Below, piece after piece: positions 48,293-58,491 of a stretch of DNA of 64,000 nucleotides. How positions within the stretch are numbered: position 1 is the first letter of the stretch; every line of letters starts with the position of its first letter. Under the pieces are notes generated by a model that was not told the origin of the DNA, searched no databases, and was given only the letters and a program-made list of their open reading frames with translations. A program made the translations under genes and the position numbers. This DNA comes from Candidatus Latescibacterota bacterium (GTDB lineage: Bacteria > Latescibacterota > UBA2968 > UBA8231), in NCBI GenBank assembly GCA_965261395.1, contig OZ253462.1, forward strand, positions 4,544,001 to 4,608,000. The letters run 5' to 3'.

Positions 48293-49279
48293 TTACTCAG
48301 CCACCTTAAAGCTCTCAACCCGGCTCACCGAATTCTCAATCCCCTCGGCGTGCGTACTGGCTACGACCTTCCAGTAGTACATCTGCCCAGGTTCGAGCGA
48401 GACCAAGCGCCCTTCCTTAATGCGACCGGTAAATACGGCCGTGGTATCGCTAGTCAGCGGTATGTCCGACACTTCGCCACTGGTCAGCGAGGTAGTGACG
48501 ATCACTCGGAATGCGCGCGCCTCGGGCAAGCGACCCCAAGTAAAGGTCAAAGGTGCGGCGGTTTCTACCCCGGCGACCGGGACCAACAGCTTCGGCGAGG
48601 GCAGCGCGACATCGCTCACTTCCTCGGCGGCATTGTTTTCCTTGGCACCGCCATCTATCGCCGTAATCCGGTAATAGTACACCGTGCCGACTTCGATCTC
48701 CTCGTCGACAAAACCCGGCACCGACACCTGCATCAGCAAATGCTCGACGCTCGGGGTGAAGCCGGCCTCGGTCGAGCGATAGACCCGGTAGCCAACGAGA
48801 TCGGATTCCGGGTTTTCACTCCAGTCGAGTGTAATGTCGAGCTGGCCGAGTACTTCGAGGTGGTGCGCTGCAGCGCGCAGCGAAGTCGGCACCTGCGGGG
48901 TCAAGCTGTTGAGGGGCTGTCCGCTGATGGCATTCGAGGGGCCGCTCTCGCCGCCGCCGTTTAGCGCGGTTACTCGATAGGTGTACTCCAACTCGTATTG
49001 TAGGCCCCGATCCTTGAATCGGGTCTCGAACGTGGAGTCAATGGCCACGGCCGCGTCGTCCCCCACTGAGCGATAGACAACGTAAAGCACCTCGTCTGCG
49101 CCCTCGACGGCTTGCCAATTGAACCACACCTCGCCGTCGCCGATGCGCTCCACACTCAGTCCGCGCGGTGCCGGCGGCGGATCGACGATCGCGACGGGAC
49201 TGGTGCCCTTTTCTCCGTCGTCGCCGCAGTGCCACAAGCCGACGACGACGACAATCCATGCAAATTTTAGGCGTTTCAT
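48293..49279 (-). CDS. Fibronectin type III domain lipoprotein
   Basis: Lipobox-like LWHC; FN3 motifs YTYRVTALN.GGES and YYYRITAID. Confidence 0.75.
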   Translation of the reverse strand: MKRLKFAWIVVVVGLWHCGDDGEKGTSPVAIVDPPPAPRGLSVERIGDGEVWFNWQAVEGADEVLYVVYRSVGDDAAVAIDSTFETRFKDRGLQYELEYTYRVTALNGGGESGPSNAISGQPLNSLTPQVPTSLRAAAHHLEVLGQLDITLDWSENPESDLVGYRVYRSTEAGFTPSVEHLLMQVSVPGFVDEEIEVGTVYYYRITAIDGGAKENNAAEEVSDVALPSPKLLVPVAGVETAAPLTFTWGRLPEARAFRVIVTTSLTSGEVSDIPLTSDTTAVFTGRIKEGRLVSLEPGQMYYWKVVASTHAEGIENSVSRVESFKVAE

Positions 49280-49391
49280 ATTTTTCTACCTCCCCAGATA
49301 GATTAGTCGCCTCTTCGCCAAAAGTACCATTACCCTCCCAAAATGGGCAAGCACTTTTGACAAGCAGCCGCCTCGCAGTTATTGTGTCGCT

Positions 49392-50282
49392 ATGTTGTCT
49401 TTGCTCTATGGTCTCATCCGTATCGCCCTGTGTGCATTGGTACCTTTCGGCGTGGCTTGCGGTCTTTTTTTGCTCGAATACCAGACCCAATTCGCGGCCC
49501 GTTACATCGGCCAATACCTGATGCAGCAAAACCCAGAGCGCCAGCCAGGAGGCGCGCTTTGGCAGGGCATTCTCGCCAGTCGGCAGACCCGCATGGCCCT
49601 ATCCGACTCGCTGGCCGAAGCACCCATAGAGCCGAGCCAAGCCCCGCTGCCGGTTTTGCAAAACCACTATCAGCTCCAGTACCACGGCACCCACGCGGCG
49701 TTCTTTGCGGTCACGCGGCGAGACACCGCCCTCCAACCCGATCACCTCGCTCCACAGACTCTGCGCGAGCTCGCCTATTCCCTGCAGATTTACGAGCAGG
49801 GCCGCGACCTGCTAACCCAAGCCATCGTACCTGACGACTCCTCGTATCTCCACGCCCTCATCGGCGCGCAAATAGCCCTAGAGGACGGCTCGCTGTTCTA
49901 CCAACTCCACAAGTGGCTGCTGGCAAAAGACGAGCCTGAAGCTTGGACCTTTCTGAAGATGAAAGAGGAAGACATGGCCTACTGGCGCGAGCACTTAGCG
50001 CCGCTTTTGAGCGCGGACCCCGAGCGCGCGCAAAGCGATGCCGGGCCGATCATCACCGCGGCGCTAGCGCAGATCGTGCAAGCGCGGGCCGACTCGCTAC
50101 TCCAAGGTGAAGCCAAGCGCCTACTCGCGGCCTGGGACAGCGCCGACGGCTTTGAACTGCGCCTGACCCGCACTGGAGACGGAGACCAATTCGCCGCGTA
50201 CGCACTAGTGCCGGGACGCGAGGCCACAGCGCTCGTGCTGCCGGCCCAGTCCGTGCAACAACACCTCGGACCGGCACAATGA
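49392..50282 (+). CDS. Hypothetical membrane-anchored protein
   Basis: N-terminal TM helix; overlaps the PBP start (ATGA coupling). Confidence 0.65.
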   Translation: MLSLLYGLIRIALCALVPFGVACGLFLLEYQTQFAARYIGQYLMQQNPERQPGGALWQGILASRQTRMALSDSLAEAPIEPSQAPLPVLQNHYQLQYHGTHAAFFAVTRRDTALQPDHLAPQTLRELAYSLQIYEQGRDLLTQAIVPDDSSYLHALIGAQIALEDGSLFYQLHKWLLAKDEPEAWTFLKMKEEDMAYWREHLAPLLSADPERAQSDAGPIITAALAQIVQARADSLLQGEAKRLLAAWDSADGFELRLTRTGDGDQFAAYALVPGREATALVLPAQSVQQHLGPAQ

Positions 50283-52321
50283 GACGCGCGCTGCTCATCG
50301 GCGTGGTCCTAACCGTGCTCCTCGGCGTGGCGACCGGGCTGGGAGTGGGATACGCCATCTGGCGCATGGCCCCTAACTTGCCCAGCCTGCCCACTGATCC
50401 GCACGAGTTGGGCATCCGCCCTGGCACGGAGATGTACGCGGCTTCTGGCGAGCGCATCTACACCTTCAATCAGAGCCGCCAATGGGTCCCCCTCGAACAC
50501 ATCAGCCCCCACGTGGTACAAGCGCTCATTGCCACGGAAGACGCGCACTTTTACCACCACCGAGGCATCGACCTGATGGCCATTGCCGGCGCGATCCGCG
50601 ACAACCTGCGCAAGGGCGATCTCTCCCGTGGCGGCAGCACCTTGACCCAACAGCTCGTCAAGCGCCTGTTCTTTTCGCCAGAAAAAACCTTTGAACGCAA
50701 GCTCTCGGAAGCGCTCCTCGCCGTGCAACTAGAGGCGTTTTTTGCCGCCTCGTACCCAGACACCAACGCCGCTGGCCAACCCGCGTACAAAGATCGCCTC
50801 CTAGAGCTGTACCTCAATGAAGTCTTCTACGGCACCAATGCCTACGGCATTTACGATGCCGCGGTCACCTTCTTCAACACAACCCCAGACTCGATGAGCC
50901 TGCCCCGCGCCGCCATGCTCATCGGCCAAATCAACGCTCCAACCGCGTACAATCCCCTGCAGCATCCCCAACGGGCCGCCACCCGGATGCAACACGTGCT
51001 CGACCGTTTGGTCGCCAGCGGCTTTCTCGACTCGACGGCGCGCCGAGAATACGCCGCCCTGCGCACCGAAGACCTCATCGAACCCGGCTACCCGCCCCGC
51101 AACCCAGTGCCTTATTGGGTCGAAGCCATCAACGCGGAAATCGTCCAGCAGTGGGGGCCGTCGGCCCTGCACTACGGCAGCCTAAAGGTCTATACCACCT
51201 TGGACATCGCGATGCAAGAAGCGGCCGAAGAAGCGATGGCTAAGGGGATGGTCGAATTGGATGAGCGGCTGGGGTTTAAGCCCTATGCGGAAGCTTCAAT
51301 GGCCGAGCGCCCGGCCTACGTCCAAGGCGCGTTGGTGTGCCTATCGCCGACCGGGAACGTGCTGGCCATGGTCGGGGGCCGGGACATTTTCGTCAGCTAC
51401 TACAATCGGGCTCTAACCGCCCGCCGCCAGCCCGGCTCCGGCTTTAAGCCGATGGCCTACCTAGCAGCTTTGGAAGCGGGTGAGATCAGCCCGGTCACCG
51501 TCTTTAACGACCAGCCGCGCACCTATATCGTCAACGGGCAAAAGTGGGAACCACGCAACTACGGCGGCCGCTATTTGGGGCAGACGACCGCGGCGTGGGC
51601 CTTAGTTCGCTCGGCCAACTCCACGGCTGTACAAATCTCCGAGCGCGTCGGCCCGGACCGCGTCGTCGAGATCGCCCACCGCTTGGGGTTTGCCGGGCCA
51701 ATAGGGGCCTACAAGAGCATTGCCTTGGGCGTTGCCGAAGTCACCGTGTTGGAAATGGCTACGGCGTACGGAACTTTTGCCAACTACGGATTGCAGGTGA
51801 CGCCGACCTTGATAGAGCGCATCGTCGATACCGACGGCCTATCGATCTTTACCCATCAGTCGCAGATCCGCCAAGTTATCGCGCCCGACCTCGCCGCGCA
51901 GATGGTCCACCTTTTGCGCCAAGCCGTAGACCGCGGCACCGGCCGCCGAGTGCGCACCTTGGGCTTTGCACGGCCAGCCGCCGGCAAGACCGGCACGACC
52001 AACGACAATACCGACGCTTGGTTCACCGGCTTCACACCGGACTTAGTAGCCAGCGTCTGGGTGGGGTTCGACGACCGCCACACCCATAAATTGGTGGATA
52101 CGCGCGGGGTGCAAATCACCGGCGGCAACGGGGCCGCGCCCATCTGGACGGATTTTATGATCGCGGTAAACGAGGGACTGCCGGAAAAGGATTTTGACGT
52201 GCCCGAAGACGTGACAATCTACGACGTGGATTCCCGCACCGGCCAAGAGCGTTCGGATCCCAACAAGGATGGGGTTCAGCCGCTGTCTGTGGCCTTGCGC
52301 CGGGGCGAGCGGCCCAACTGA
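50279..52321 (+). CDS. Class A penicillin-binding protein (PBP1A family)
   Basis: Transglycosylase motifs ED..FY.H.GID, GGSTLTQQLVK and RK..E; transpeptidase motifs SGFK, SAN and KTGT. Confidence 0.93.
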   Translation: MRRALLIGVVLTVLLGVATGLGVGYAIWRMAPNLPSLPTDPHELGIRPGTEMYAASGERIYTFNQSRQWVPLEHISPHVVQALIATEDAHFYHHRGIDLMAIAGAIRDNLRKGDLSRGGSTLTQQLVKRLFFSPEKTFERKLSEALLAVQLEAFFAASYPDTNAAGQPAYKDRLLELYLNEVFYGTNAYGIYDAAVTFFNTTPDSMSLPRAAMLIGQINAPTAYNPLQHPQRAATRMQHVLDRLVASGFLDSTARREYAALRTEDLIEPGYPPRNPVPYWVEAINAEIVQQWGPSALHYGSLKVYTTLDIAMQEAAEEAMAKGMVELDERLGFKPYAEASMAERPAYVQGALVCLSPTGNVLAMVGGRDIFVSYYNRALTARRQPGSGFKPMAYLAALEAGEISPVTVFNDQPRTYIVNGQKWEPRNYGGRYLGQTTAAWALVRSANSTAVQISERVGPDRVVEIAHRLGFAGPIGAYKSIALGVAEVTVLEMATAYGTFANYGLQVTPTLIERIVDTDGLSIFTHQSQIRQVIAPDLAAQMVHLLRQAVDRGTGRRVRTLGFARPAAGKTGTTNDNTDAWFTGFTPDLVASVWVGFDDRHTHKLVDTRGVQITGGNGAAPIWTDFMIAVNEGLPEKDFDVPEDVTIYDVDSRTGQERSDPNKDGVQPLSVALRRGERPN

Positions 52322-52326
52322 AGGAT

Positions 52327-53433
52327 TCAGCAGACTGCGGCTAGGATTTCGCTCACCCGCCGCGCCACAATGTCTTCCTCGCCAGGCTCCATCATATAGG
52401 GATTGATCCCAAAGCCGCTCTCGTGGGCGGCGATCTCGATGCGCGGCTGGCCGGTCGATAGTTGGCGCGCCAGCTCGCGGCCGCTGAGAGCTAGCTGGTC
52501 TCGATCCCAGCGCACCGCCAAGTTCGGCGCAACATTCGAGCGCCCGGGCTGATTGACTTGCGTCGCCACCGAGGGAAACGGCTCCACTGCCGCCGCTATC
52601 GCCGCCAAGCACCGCTCCCACTCCCGCCACTCGGCTGCGTGGTCGCGCACCACCCACTGCTCCACCGCTGCCAACAGCCCCATAATTTCTTCCTTGCCCG
52701 CCTTCATCGGCCTCCCCAGCGCGTGGTGCGGTGCCCCGTTGAGGAAGGCCGCTTGCAACAACTCCTTGCGCCCCAAGACCAAACCCGACGCCTGCGGCCC
52801 GCGCAGGCACTTGCCGCCCGAGTACGCCACTGCATCGGCTCCCTGCTCCAGATACCAGTTGGGCGCGTCCGGCCGCTCGGCGGCTGCATCGACTAAGGTC
52901 GGCACACCATGCCGCTGCCCGGCTGCCGCCATGTCCGCCACCGAGATCGGCCCCCGTTCGGCCGCATCGCCAAACACCAACAGCATGGCCGTGCGGTCTG
53001 ACAAGGCCGCTTCAAGCGCGGCGAGCGTCTCGACCTCGACTATTTCGACGCCGACCATGCGCACGGCGTGATCGTACACGTGGCGGTGGCTCGGCTGGAC
53101 GAGGACTTGGTTTTTCATACCCGTAGTGTCGGGCAACCGCGCCATTTTCTCGGGATCCGTGCCGGCCACGCAAGCGGCCGTAACTTGGCACAACGCCGCG
53201 GCGCAACCATTGGTAATCAGCCCCCACTCGCACTGCATCAGCTCGCCGATGCGCGCTCCGACGGCCTCCATCAGCTCGTCGAGATGGACGTATTCTTTGG
53301 AGGCCTCGACCATAGCTTGCCGCACTTCGGGCAGTATTAGCGAGCCGCTGATGATGGTATAGGTCCCTTGACAGTTGATCAGGGGACGCACGCCGAGGCT
53401 TTCGTAGGTTGGATGCACTGAGGAGCTGCTCAT
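52327..53433 (-). CDS. SelA-like PLP-dependent enzyme (DgaE-like)
   Basis: Motifs VDAAAE, SGGKCLRGPQ.SG and GRPMK..KEEI; lacks the N-terminal domain of true SelA. Confidence 0.82.
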   Translation of the reverse strand: MSSSSVHPTYESLGVRPLINCQGTYTIISGSLILPEVRQAMVEASKEYVHLDELMEAVGARIGELMQCEWGLITNGCAAALCQVTAACVAGTDPEKMARLPDTTGMKNQVLVQPSHRHVYDHAVRMVGVEIVEVETLAALEAALSDRTAMLLVFGDAAERGPISVADMAAAGQRHGVPTLVDAAAERPDAPNWYLEQGADAVAYSGGKCLRGPQASGLVLGRKELLQAAFLNGAPHHALGRPMKAGKEEIMGLLAAVEQWVVRDHAAEWREWERCLAAIAAAVEPFPSVATQVNQPGRSNVAPNLAVRWDRDQLALSGRELARQLSTGQPRIEIAAHESGFGINPYMMEPGEEDIVARRVSEILAAVC

Positions 53434-53491
53434 TAGTAGTTTTTCTTTAGAAAAGCCTGCCGATCAATCTATCCACGCTCGGCAGGTCAAT

Positions 53492-53516
53492 GTAGGGCAT
53501 CCCTCGCGGAGGCCCT
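53492..53516. repeat. GTAG-type REP-like palindrome
   Basis: GT followed by AGGGCATCC-CTCGC-GGAGGCCCT. Confidence 0.5.
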
Positions 53517-53523
53517 CTTTAGG

Positions 53524-54765
53524 TCAAAACAAATCGTCCGCATAGCCCGCCAAACAGTGCTCCAGCGCCGCCATCCCTGCGCTGGTATCCACACTGGCCC
53601 CCTCGTGCGCTAAGGCACCGCCCAAAGCGTGCAACACGCGGAACAGGTGAGGTGCTCGGCATTGCTCGCCCATCTGGCCGATGCGCACGATGTCGAGGCC
53701 AAAGGCCCCGGAGATTTCGACGTGAAAGAGGTTTGACATATCGGCGCGCACTCGGGCGTTATCCACCCCGGCGGGCACTTGGATTGCCACCACCGAGTTG
53801 AGGCGGATAGCACGCGGCGCGGCCAGCACCAGCCCCATCTTCTCGATACCAGCTTGTAGCGCCAGCGACGAGTGCCGATGCCGCGCAAAGCGGCGCTCCA
53901 GCGTCTCCTCGCAGACCAGCCACAGGGCCTCGTGCAAAGCCAACAGCCCCGAGACCGGCGCGGTGTAGTGGTACTGATGGTGCTGCCAAAAGTTTTGCGC
54001 CCGCAAGGCGTCCAAGCACCAGTGCGGCTTAGGACCGGGATGCTGCTGCACCTGCTCCCAAGCCGCGTCGGAAAAGGCGATTAGCGCCACACCCGGCAGC
54101 GACGACAGGCCCTTCTGGCTGCCAGTGAAAACCACGTCAATGCCCCAAGCGTCCTTTTCCAACGGCATGGTACTCAAGGTGCAGACCGCATCGACGACCG
54201 CTAGCGCCCCGTGCTCTCGACACAAGCGGGCAATCGCCGGTAGCTCGGTCGTACAGACGCCGCTGGAGGTCTCGCCCTGTACCATCGTCACCACGTCGTA
54301 GCGCTGACTCTTGAGACGCTCGGCAACGCGCTCGGCGCAGACGGCTTGCCCTTCCGGCACGGCCAGCACTTCGACCTCAGCCCCCACCCCAATCGCCATT
54401 TCGGCAAAGCGCCCGCTAAACCAGCCGTTTTGCAGCACCAAGACCCGGCGACCCGGCCAGAGCAGGTTGCCCATCGCCATCTCCATGGCCGCCGACGCCG
54501 GCCCCCCAATCCCCAAGATGTGCTCGTCGGCCGTCTGAAAGGCATAGCTAGCCAATTGCTTGATGTGATCAACCAGCCGATCCATCGTCGGCCCCAAGTG
54601 GTTGATGACCATGCCACCCGCCCGCGCGACCGCCGCCGCCACCGGCACCGGCCCAGCCCCCATCAGCAGCAGCGGCTCGGCCGGCAGAAGTTGGTCCAGC
54701 GATGGAAGCGCGGGGGCCTCTATGTCACAAGCACCGCGCTGCGACTCTACATTCCCCATTCCCAA
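53524..54765 (-). CDS. Alanine-glyoxylate aminotransferase family (class V PLP)
   Basis: Motifs LLMGAGP, GETSSG, VDAV, GSQKGL and RIGQMG. Confidence 0.9.
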   Translation of the reverse strand: MGMGNVESQRGACDIEAPALPSLDQLLPAEPLLLMGAGPVPVAAAVARAGGMVINHLGPTMDRLVDHIKQLASYAFQTADEHILGIGGPASAAMEMAMGNLLWPGRRVLVLQNGWFSGRFAEMAIGVGAEVEVLAVPEGQAVCAERVAERLKSQRYDVVTMVQGETSSGVCTTELPAIARLCREHGALAVVDAVCTLSTMPLEKDAWGIDVVFTGSQKGLSSLPGVALIAFSDAAWEQVQQHPGPKPHWCLDALRAQNFWQHHQYHYTAPVSGLLALHEALWLVCEETLERRFARHRHSSLALQAGIEKMGLVLAAPRAIRLNSVVAIQVPAGVDNARVRADMSNLFHVEISGAFGLDIVRIGQMGEQCRAPHLFRVLHALGGALAHEGASVDTSAGMAALEHCLAGYADDLF

Positions 54766-54768
54766 TTC

Positions 54769-56163
54769 CTAATAGTTAATCGCCTCGCCAAAGGCCTGCC
54801 CGGCCGCTTCCATCACAGCCTCGGACAGCGTCGGATGGGCGTGCATGGTACCCAAAAGCTCCTCGTATGTGGCTTCGAGCCGGAGCGCCAACGTCAATTC
54901 GGCGATTAATTCCGTGGCCTCGGCCCCCAGAATGGCCCCGCCCAACAACTCGCCGTAGCGCGCGTCAAAAACCAGTTTGACCAGCCCTTCGGTTTCCCCG
55001 GCCGCTTGCCCCTTGCCACTAGCCGCAAACGGAAAGCGCCCGACCTTGACGTCGTAGCCAGCTTCGCGCGCTTGGCTTTCGCTCAGACCGACGCTGGCCA
55101 CCTGCGGCTGGCAATAAATGCAGTTGGGCACTTGAAGCGGGTCCAAGGTGGGCCGGTCGCGGCCAGCTATAAATTCGACGGCTGCAATCCCCTCCTGCGT
55201 GGCCACGTGCGCCAACAGCAGCGGGCCGGCCACGTCGCCAATCGCGTAGATGCCCTTGGCGCTGGTCTGCATCCGCTCATCGACCACAATCGCGCCGTCG
55301 CGGGTGCGGATGCCCAGCGCTTCCAGCCCCAGCCCCTCGATATTGCCCTGGACCCCGGTGGCGACCAGCACATGATCTACTCTCCGCGTCTGCTCTGCCT
55401 CGCCGACCCGGTAGCGCAACGCGACCCCGCGCTTTTGTCTTTTGACTTCCTCGACCCTGGCTTTGGTCACCACTTCGATTCCCTGCTGTGCCAAGCTCTC
55501 GGCCAGCCCTGCGGCGATTTCCTCGTCTTCGCGCGGCAAGACCTGGGGCAGGGCTTCCAAGAGCAGCACCTTGCTGCCAAAGGCTCGGTAGAAATAGGCA
55601 AATTCCACGCCGATGGCCCCGGCCCCGATGATGGCGAGGGAGGTGGGCTGCTTGGCGACGACCATGGCCTCGCGGCTGGCGATAATCCGCTCGCCGTCGA
55701 ATTCGACGCCCGGAATGGATTTGGGGCGGGCACCAGTAGCTAGCACCACATGCGCGGCCTCCAGCTCGGCCACGACCTCGCCCTCGGCATCCTCGACCGC
55801 GACTTGGCGGCTGGGCGTCAACCGACCCCTTCCAGCGAATACCTCAACTTGGTTCTTCTGCATCAGATAGGCCACGCCTTTGGACAACTGCTCAGCGACT
55901 TGGCGGCTCCGGCCAATGACCGCATCCCAATCCACCTCGGGCTTATCAACGCGCAAGCCGAATTCCTCGGCGCGCAAGAAAAGCTGATACACTTCGGCTT
56001 GCTTGAGCAGGGCCTTGGTGGGAATGCAGCCCCAATTGAGACAGGTGCCGCCCAACTCGGCATCTTCAATAAGCGCGGTTTTTAACCCCAACTGCCGCGC
56101 GCGAATGGCGGCTGAATACCCGCCTGGGCCGCCGCCGATAACTACCACATCATACGCTGCCAT
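54769..56163 (-). CDS. lpdA: Dihydrolipoyl dehydrogenase
   Basis: Motifs GGGPGG, GGTCLNWGCIPTK, GAGAIG and HAHPTLSE. Confidence 0.96.
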   Translation of the reverse strand: MAAYDVVVIGGGPGGYSAAIRARQLGLKTALIEDAELGGTCLNWGCIPTKALLKQAEVYQLFLRAEEFGLRVDKPEVDWDAVIGRSRQVAEQLSKGVAYLMQKNQVEVFAGRGRLTPSRQVAVEDAEGEVVAELEAAHVVLATGARPKSIPGVEFDGERIIASREAMVVAKQPTSLAIIGAGAIGVEFAYFYRAFGSKVLLLEALPQVLPREDEEIAAGLAESLAQQGIEVVTKARVEEVKRQKRGVALRYRVGEAEQTRRVDHVLVATGVQGNIEGLGLEALGIRTRDGAIVVDERMQTSAKGIYAIGDVAGPLLLAHVATQEGIAAVEFIAGRDRPTLDPLQVPNCIYCQPQVASVGLSESQAREAGYDVKVGRFPFAASGKGQAAGETEGLVKLVFDARYGELLGGAILGAEATELIAELTLALRLEATYEELLGTMHAHPTLSEAVMEAAGQAFGEAINY

Positions 56164-56358
56164 ATTGCATTTTCTCTCTAAGGTTCGGATAAAGGAAGCC
56201 TCTAATCTAAAGGCAATCACCTTGGGCACAAATAGAACTGACACCTACGGCGGCAGAGAACCATGAATACCCGCCTCAATTGCCCCCGCCCGCGCCGCCG
56301 TGTTTTATTATAGCAATCCTGCATGATTGAACGATTCGAGATGCGGATCGTCTTGTTT

Positions 56359-56410
56359 CTACTATTCTGCGTCCATCTGCGTCCATCTGCGTCCATCTGC
56401 GGATCATCTT
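56359..56410. repeat. Dispersed ATCTGCGTCC decamer repeat element, copy 2 (more units)
   Basis: CTACTAT-TCTGCGTCC-(ATCTGCGTCC)2-ATCTGCGG-ATCATCTT. Confidence 0.8.
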
Positions 56411-56427
56411 TAATAAAGGCAATCCCA

Positions 56428-56904
56428 GTGATACAACAGCAAACCAACCTCTCGCAAACACTGACCATTTTCACCGACGGTGCCTGTTCGTGCAACCCAG
56501 GGCCAGGCGGCTGGGCGGCACGGCTGCTCTACGGCGCTGGCCGCATCGTGGAGCTGGGCGGCTTTGCCCCGAAGACGACCAACAACCGCATGGAACTGCA
56601 AGCGGCCATCGAGGGTCTCTGCGCCGCCCCATCCGGTGTCGCTATCACGCTAGTTACAGACAGCGAGTACCTACGCAGGGGCATTACCGAGTGGATTCAC
56701 GGCTGGAAGAGGCGGGACTGGCACACATCCACTAAAAAGCCCGTGCTCAACCAAGACCTGTGGCGTACCCTAGACGAACTCAACACACCCGCCGTCCAGT
56801 GGCGACACACCCAAGGCCACGCCGGCGACCCAGACAACGAACGCTGCGACCAGATCGCCCAAGCATTTTCGCGCGGGGAGACGCCTTCCCTGCACAACGC
56901 TTAA
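56428..56904 (+). CDS. rnhA: Ribonuclease HI
   Basis: Motifs TDGACSCNPGPGGW, TTNNRMEL, TDSEY and GHAG...NERCD; start approximate (GTG). Confidence 0.93.
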   Translation: MIQQQTNLSQTLTIFTDGACSCNPGPGGWAARLLYGAGRIVELGGFAPKTTNNRMELQAAIEGLCAAPSGVAITLVTDSEYLRRGITEWIHGWKRRDWHTSTKKPVLNQDLWRTLDELNTPAVQWRHTQGHAGDPDNERCDQIAQAFSRGETPSLHNA

Positions 56905-56930
56905 CCTGCCCATCACCGAAAGGATTGACC

Positions 56931-57701
56931 ATGCTCTACAGTCTGCTCTTCGCCCTCGCTCTCGCTGGTCCCGCCAGCACCCAAGAGTCCACCCGTGTCC
57001 AAACCCCGCCTGATGAGCTACCCACCTACCAAGTCCTCCGCACTGACCAAGGGATCCAAGTCGATGGCCGCCTCGACGAGGCCGACTGGCAGCGCGCCGT
57101 ACCCATTGACTTTGTAATGCCTTGGAGCGACCTCGAAAAAGAGGAACCGCAATCCACGACCGCTCGCTTGCTCTGGGACGACGACAACCTCTACATCATC
57201 TACGAGTGCGTCGATCCGTACCTGCATTCAGAAGTAACCGAGCACGATGGAGCGGTGTACCAAGAGGACGCCGTCGAGATTTTCGCCACCCCCAACATGG
57301 AAGTCCCCGGCAACTACTATGGCTATGAGATGAACATCAACGGCACCTTGCTCGACTACGTCGCCTTCCGCGGCGGCAAGGAGCGCACCAAGGCCATTCA
57401 TCCGTCCTGGCAGAACGAAGGCGTCGTCATTGCCACGACCTACGATGGCACCCTCAACGACCACTCGGACACCGACCAAAGCTGGATTCTCGAAATCTCC
57501 ATCCCCCACGACAACTTCCGCCACTTGGGTGGACGAATCCCGCCCCAAGACGGTGACCAATGGCGCGCCGGACTCAACCGCACCAAGGGCTACCAAGGCC
57601 AATTTGGGCTGTGGTCTGATACCGGCACGCCCCAAGCCGACTTCCACCGCGCCACCCGGTTCGGCATCCTCACCTTCTCTGACGCCGTCGTCGGCCGCTG
57701 A
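56931..57701 (+). CDS. Secreted carbohydrate-binding family 9-like (DOMON-like) protein
   Basis: Signal peptide; motifs VDGRLDE.DW, LLWDD.NLY, D.VEIF and W..EI.IP. Confidence 0.82.
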   Translation: MLYSLLFALALAGPASTQESTRVQTPPDELPTYQVLRTDQGIQVDGRLDEADWQRAVPIDFVMPWSDLEKEEPQSTTARLLWDDDNLYIIYECVDPYLHSEVTEHDGAVYQEDAVEIFATPNMEVPGNYYGYEMNINGTLLDYVAFRGGKERTKAIHPSWQNEGVVIATTYDGTLNDHSDTDQSWILEISIPHDNFRHLGGRIPPQDGDQWRAGLNRTKGYQGQFGLWSDTGTPQADFHRATRFGILTFSDAVVGR

Positions 57702-57781
57702 AGGGCTGCGGGGGTCGGACAGTGGAACTCTATGGGCGTCGTGCTGACAGATAAAATCGTGGACTGGTATCAGCAACTTGT

Positions 57782-57821
57782 CCCTCCCCAAGACAGGGAT
57801 AGGGGCCTGTCTTGGGGAGGG
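57782..57821. terminator. Strong hairpin between convergent genes (bidirectional terminator or REP-like)
   Basis: CCCTCCCCAAGACAGG-N8-CCTGTCTTGGGGAGGG, a perfect 16-bp stem with no U-tract. Confidence 0.6.
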
Positions 57822-57877
57822 TGCTGGCATATTATGATTATTTTACGTCGGAATTGTCGCGGACAGTGCTCGACACT

Positions 57878-58489
57878 CTAAGGTTCAACACCGAAGAGAA
57901 TAAGCGGAACAGCGGGAACGCCACGCCCCTGCCGCAAGACGTTCGTTAGGTCCCGCTCGTAGTAGGGAACGCCTGAAGACATCTCCCTCTCTAGGGACTT
58001 CATAGGCAGAATTTCAATGCCCAAATCTATGATGTTAGAGACAAAGAAAGCGAGATGCTTCACAAATAGGTCGTGCGCCACAAACGCGTACTTTCCGAAC
58101 TGAACTTCGACCACCACGCGTTCTTTCACGAAATCTGATTGATTGTAGGAATAAATCGGCTCAAGCCCTGCATCGACAATGCGTTGCTTCTGTTCATCGG
58201 GAGGAAGCCCAATTATCCCCCGGACAACCTGCTCGTCCTTCGTCACCCAAAATTCCGCCCGCCGCTCTTTCCAACCGCGCTTGCCTAACTCGTCTTTGAA
58301 CCTCTGGTTCATATCCACGGGCGAGAAAAGCAATCGCCCTTTTCTCGTTTTCTCTTGGGATTTCTTGGTGCGACACGAGTTCGCATCCACGCTATCTATG
58401 ACTTCATGGATTTCGGCCCAGAGCTTTGGATGCCGGAAGCGCAAAAACTCCTCTCCATTCAGGTGGGAGTAATAGGCCGCCACCTTCAT
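57878..58489 (-). CDS. Type II restriction endonuclease, BglII/BstYI family (203 aa)
   Basis: Motifs YSHLNGEE, NQSDFVKE, EVQFGKY.FVAHDLFVKH, GIEILPMK and MSSG..YYE. Confidence 0.88.
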   Translation of the reverse strand: MKVAAYYSHLNGEEFLRFRHPKLWAEIHEVIDSVDANSCRTKKSQEKTRKGRLLFSPVDMNQRFKDELGKRGWKERRAEFWVTKDEQVVRGIIGLPPDEQKQRIVDAGLEPIYSYNQSDFVKERVVVEVQFGKYAFVAHDLFVKHLAFFVSNIIDLGIEILPMKSLEREMSSGVPYYERDLTNVLRQGRGVPAVPLILFGVEP

Positions 58490-58491
58490 CT

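Noticed and set aside
52327-53433. True selenocysteine synthase SelA serving the Sec-FDH
   Set aside because: It is too short, lacks the SelA N-terminal domain and has no selB nearby; it fits the SelA-like/DgaE group.
56359-56410. CRISPR array
   Set aside because: These are tandem 10-mers without spacers, and no cas genes are present.
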